62,296 bases of DNA, taken from the NCBI GenBank assembly GCA_042571725.1, contig JBHPFN010000006.1, positions 1 through 62,296 of the forward strand, given 5' to 3'. Every line of letters begins with the position of its first letter. Position 1 is the stretch's first letter. Below are positions 59,132 to 62,296 of the stretch, piece by piece. The translations under genes were made by a program, and so were the position numbers. Source of the stretch: Candidatus Omnitrophota bacterium (GTDB lineage Bacteria; Omnitrophota; Gorgyraeia; VGKH01; JBHPFN01). Under the pieces are notes generated by a model that worked only from the letters and a program-made list of their open reading frames with translations, searched no databases and had not been told where the DNA came from.

Positions 59132-59208
59132 TACGCCCCCTTTCTTTACTTTGTATTGTAAGTCAATTGTTAACTATTTGTCAATTTATTTTACCACTGA
59201 TTGTTAAG

Positions 59209-60294
59209 CTATTCAAAGCTTCTCTTCATTTCTTTAATCATGTGCCGAGCGAGATTAAATCGTTTTCTTTTCGGAAATCCGGGAAAAACATTCACATCCA
59301 AAACATACACATCCTTCCAATTCTTATCAATGATGACATCAACTCCAGCAAAATTCAAACCCAAGGCGTTAGAGGTTTTAATAGCCTGCCGTTTAGACGC
59401 CTCGACTGCGTTTCTAGGTAATTGCTTTAAGAATGTCTGCTTGTGACCCTTGCCACCCTGAGAAATATTCGTCGTTACCTTATCAGATTCATTGGTTCTG
59501 GGATAGACGTAGAAAACTTTTCCTAAGAAAGTATAAATCCTTAAGTCAAACTTTTTATTCTTGATAATAGGAGAATGTACCTCTTCTTCAATATCGATAT
59601 CGCTTTTTAGCAATTTTCTTAAGAACACATCGTTGTTGGTGATGTTTTTAAACGCCCACCCTGAATCTGATTTACGGCTCAAGATTTGATTATTGCGGAA
59701 AGTAAAATTTGTCTGCCAGCGTGAATTAGATAAAAACGTAATACCTTTGCCCATAGATCCGAATCGGGGCTTTAGGAAAAACCTGTGCCCTTGCGCTAAC
59801 ATCCGTTTTATTCTTTTGATATCCCTTGTGCTATGCTCGCGCGGAATTTGAATTTTTGTTTGCTTCAAAACACTAGCTACAAAGCGCTTATCTCTACTTC
59901 TGCTACAGGCATGGGGCGGATTAATAAAATGGACATCCTTATCGGGAAGGTGTAGCTTTACTGCAGTGTCGACACTCTTAAAAAATGCCTGAAACTTATT
60001 AAAAAAAGAGCTGTTCCCATAAAGACCTTTATAGTATCTATGCTCAATTCTTTTGTTCCAGTAGGAAAAAGGAAAAAACAAGAAAACGATAATCTTTTTT
60101 GTTCTAATTTTTGGAATATCTCCAGACAATAATCTGTCATAGGTAACGGTTGCATAATTCCAACCGCTGCGCTTAAGCTGCATTCGCTCCCTATGAAGCT
60201 TCTTGAAAGAGTCATAATCCAACCGATTTCCCACGGCCAAGAGCGTAATAGCGGCTTTCTGTTTTTTCTTCGTAGTCGCTTTTACCACAGACAT
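59209..60294 (-). CDS. ATP-grasp family ligase (RimK-like)
   Basis: 'FFLKPRFGSMGKGITFL', 'NISQGGKG', 'GLNFAGVDVIIDKNWKDVYVLDVNVFPGF'. Confidence 0.75.
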   Translation of the reverse strand: MSVVKATTKKKQKAAITLLAVGNRLDYDSFKKLHRERMQLKRSGWNYATVTYDRLLSGDIPKIRTKKIIVFLFFPFSYWNKRIEHRYYKGLYGNSSFFNKFQAFFKSVDTAVKLHLPDKDVHFINPPHACSRSRDKRFVASVLKQTKIQIPREHSTRDIKRIKRMLAQGHRFFLKPRFGSMGKGITFLSNSRWQTNFTFRNNQILSRKSDSGWAFKNITNNDVFLRKLLKSDIDIEEEVHSPIIKNKKFDLRIYTFLGKVFYVYPRTNESDKVTTNISQGGKGHKQTFLKQLPRNAVEASKRQAIKTSNALGLNFAGVDVIIDKNWKDVYVLDVNVFPGFPKRKRFNLARHMIKEMKRSFE

Positions 60295-61589
60295 TTCTTT
60301 AAATAGTTATAATTTTTTGCGAATTTCCCGTTCTGGGTGATAACCGCTTGGCGAATTTCTCGAGGAATCTCAATATGTCTGGTAATATCTTTTGCGCCAT
60401 GTGAAGCAACCTGATAAACGTATTCCCGTATAAGGGTGCTAAAATGACAAGTGGCATCCTTGGGTAGTTCTGCAGGAAGATTGTCGCGCGCCATGATTGA
60501 AATTCCTTTTGCTTCGTGTCCTTCGACAAAATCTTTCTTTTTAACTCTATAGGTAAAAGTAGGATTATCTATCGTGGTAGGCTTATACGTAAGCTCTATG
60601 CCACCTTTAACATCGCACGAGACATCATTGATAAATTTTAAGCGGAAACCTTTTCGATGCAATTTCTGTATCATCTCTTCTGTCACAAGCTGCGGAAAAC
60701 GGCTATCCCAGTAACTTCCATGAATAAGCATGGTAAGATACGGTAGATAGGCATCAAGGTTAGACTCAAATCTCTTGGGATGCATGAGATAATCGTTGAA
60801 ATAGAAACCTTCGCCGTTTTTGCTGCGCACTAATCCTTGCCGATAAAAAATAATTTTGTAAATCCGATTGTGTAAGAATTTTCTCTTTCGAAGAAACTCA
60901 AGCATATCATGAGGATGAATTTCAATAGGATGCAGCAAGGCAAGCATCTCCTGAGCGCCTTTGCTCACGTTTCCATATCCGGTAATCCCTATCATAAAAG
61001 GAACAATCTTTTTATCAAAACCCCTACGATAGATATGGTGATTCAACCTTTCAAAATCATGTTGTATCGCTTCGAGCGAATCGTATTGATAGGAGGGCCG
61101 AATTATCGAAAAGGGATTCCTTGCTCTCTCCCACTCAAGTTTTTTGCCTAAATAGTAGAGGCTATTTACTAACCCGCAAATGCCTGCGAATCTGCCAAAA
61201 TACACAAGACGATGACCCTTTGCATCTGTTATCTTTTCGTAATCGATTAATGTTATTTTTTTATGGAGGAATTCCTTTAAAAGAGGCATATTCTGAAATT
61301 GACCTTTAGCAACATGAGAAAACAACATATAGATCGTATTGCTATGCAGATCTCTGATTTGCGGTTCTTTTATGCCAACCAACAACGAGGCGCTTTTGAA
61401 TTTTTGAACAATCTTTGCGCCGGCATTTTTATATTCAACATCTCTAAATATTCGCACTGGACTCGTCTCTACCTCCACGCTAATCCCGTGTTTAACCAGC
61501 CAGCGGACATCTTTGGGTATCAAGGGAGCTCGTCGCTCAGACCCATATTTGGTCTCTTGTAGAATTCCAACAGTTAATTTTTTTATCAT
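60282..61589 (-). CDS. lysine-ketoglutarate reductase / saccharopine dehydrogenase-like (AlaDH/PNT fold)
   Basis: 'ERRAPLIPKDV', 'FSHVAKGQ..NMPLL', 'LIDYEKITD', 'GITGYGNVSKGAQEM', 'DVSCDVKGGIE', 'DNLPAELP' are collinear with the LKR domain of AASS as recalled. Confidence 0.75.
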   Translation of the reverse strand: MIKKLTVGILQETKYGSERRAPLIPKDVRWLVKHGISVEVETSPVRIFRDVEYKNAGAKIVQKFKSASLLVGIKEPQIRDLHSNTIYMLFSHVAKGQFQNMPLLKEFLHKKITLIDYEKITDAKGHRLVYFGRFAGICGLVNSLYYLGKKLEWERARNPFSIIRPSYQYDSLEAIQHDFERLNHHIYRRGFDKKIVPFMIGITGYGNVSKGAQEMLALLHPIEIHPHDMLEFLRKRKFLHNRIYKIIFYRQGLVRSKNGEGFYFNDYLMHPKRFESNLDAYLPYLTMLIHGSYWDSRFPQLVTEEMIQKLHRKGFRLKFINDVSCDVKGGIELTYKPTTIDNPTFTYRVKKKDFVEGHEAKGISIMARDNLPAELPKDATCHFSTLIREYVYQVASHGAKDITRHIEIPREIRQAVITQNGKFAKNYNYLKKCLW

Positions 61590-61868
61590 AGAGAATCGTT
61601 CGTTAGGTTCAAGTGCCCATTAGAAAAAACGCAAATCCTATTATTGCTTTTTTGATGGATTTCGCTGTAAATCGATAAGATTACTTCAGGTAAAATAGCT
61701 TGATATTACTTTAGAAAAAGGAGTCTGTGATGTTCTGGGGTCAAAAAACGACTCAATACCTGCCCGTTCCCATTTTGTCTTAAGGGCACTACTAGCTACG
61801 GTATCACCATTCTCCATCCCTTTAACCAGAGAATCACAATAAAGAATCAGCTTATCCCTTTTGGTCTT

Positions 61869-62296
61869 CAGCTTATTGATGATGAACCTTGTATTCGGGA
61901 GATGTTGGCTGAACAGCTAAAGAAAAAAGGATACGATGTAGCCACCGCAGAAAATGGTGAGGAAGGGTTGCAACGATTTGATCAAGAAAAGTCTGATTTG
62001 ATTCTTTTGGATGTGGTAATGCCAGGGATGGATGGCTTTGGATTTTTTAAGGCTATCAAAAAAGATCCTCAAAAATCTCAGACCCCTGTTATCGTGTTAA
62101 CCGCTCGAGGCGGCATGAAGGCTACCTTTGAAGCCTTTGAAGCGGATGATTTTATCACTAAGCCTTTTGACGTAGAAGACCTTTTAGCTAAAATCGAGTT
62201 CTGCTTGGCAAAAAAAGCCTTGGTGTTTGGAGACGACCCTGCTTTTATCAATGTTGTAAAAAAAGCACTTGAGAAGAGCAAGTGCCAGGTAGAAGT
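61869..62296 (+). CDS. response regulator receiver domain protein (runs off the window; 5' end unresolved)
   Basis: 'LIDDEPCIREML...DLILLDVVMPGMDGF...PVIVLTARG...DDFITKPF'. The reading frame opens at 61731 but has no ATG/GTG/TTG before the DD pocket (see finding). Confidence 0.6.

Overview
Bacterial chromosomal window with standard-code genes and AT-rich intergenic regions. The 16S sequence and gene content suggest an uncultivated PVC-like lineage such as Omnitrophota, but I could not verify this. Ordinary content: one complete rRNA operon on the minus strand (16S, tRNA-Ile, tRNA-Ala, 23S, 5S); a housekeeping block (recG, rsmD, coaD, yceD, rpmF, plsX, fabH, fabD, fabF); a MarR-TolC-RND efflux operon; and many two-component and c-di-GMP signalling genes (three multi-TM histidine kinases, several receivers, two HD-GYP proteins). 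Accessory content: a ~2461-aa SpvB/FG-GAP/RHS polymorphic toxin with embedded LamG and Hint domains; a RAYT-type Y1 transposase flanked by perfect 14-bp inverted repeats; a stem-enclosed four-helix-bundle (23S-IVS-protein-like) cassette inside the fab operon; and an ATP-grasp gene coupled to a lysine-ketoglutarate-reductase-like gene. The best candidate for a new system is at 2880-7410. It holds two paralogous polytopic-membrane B12-binding radical SAM enzymes. Each is followed by unannotated sORFs (three in total) encoding ~28-aa hydrophobic peptides that all end in DFYWW(L/M)R. The sORFs have Shine-Dalgarno sites and two near-consensus promoters, and each peptide unit ends in a terminator. 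Other RNA-level signals absent from the ORF track: a GEMM-I (c-di-GMP-I) riboswitch-like element upstream of a secreted protein gene; a promoter-to-terminator-defined ~80-nt sRNA candidate; an attenuator-like leader hairpin; and a recurring leaderless promoter-ATG arrangement. All domain calls come from reading motifs by eye. No database search was run.
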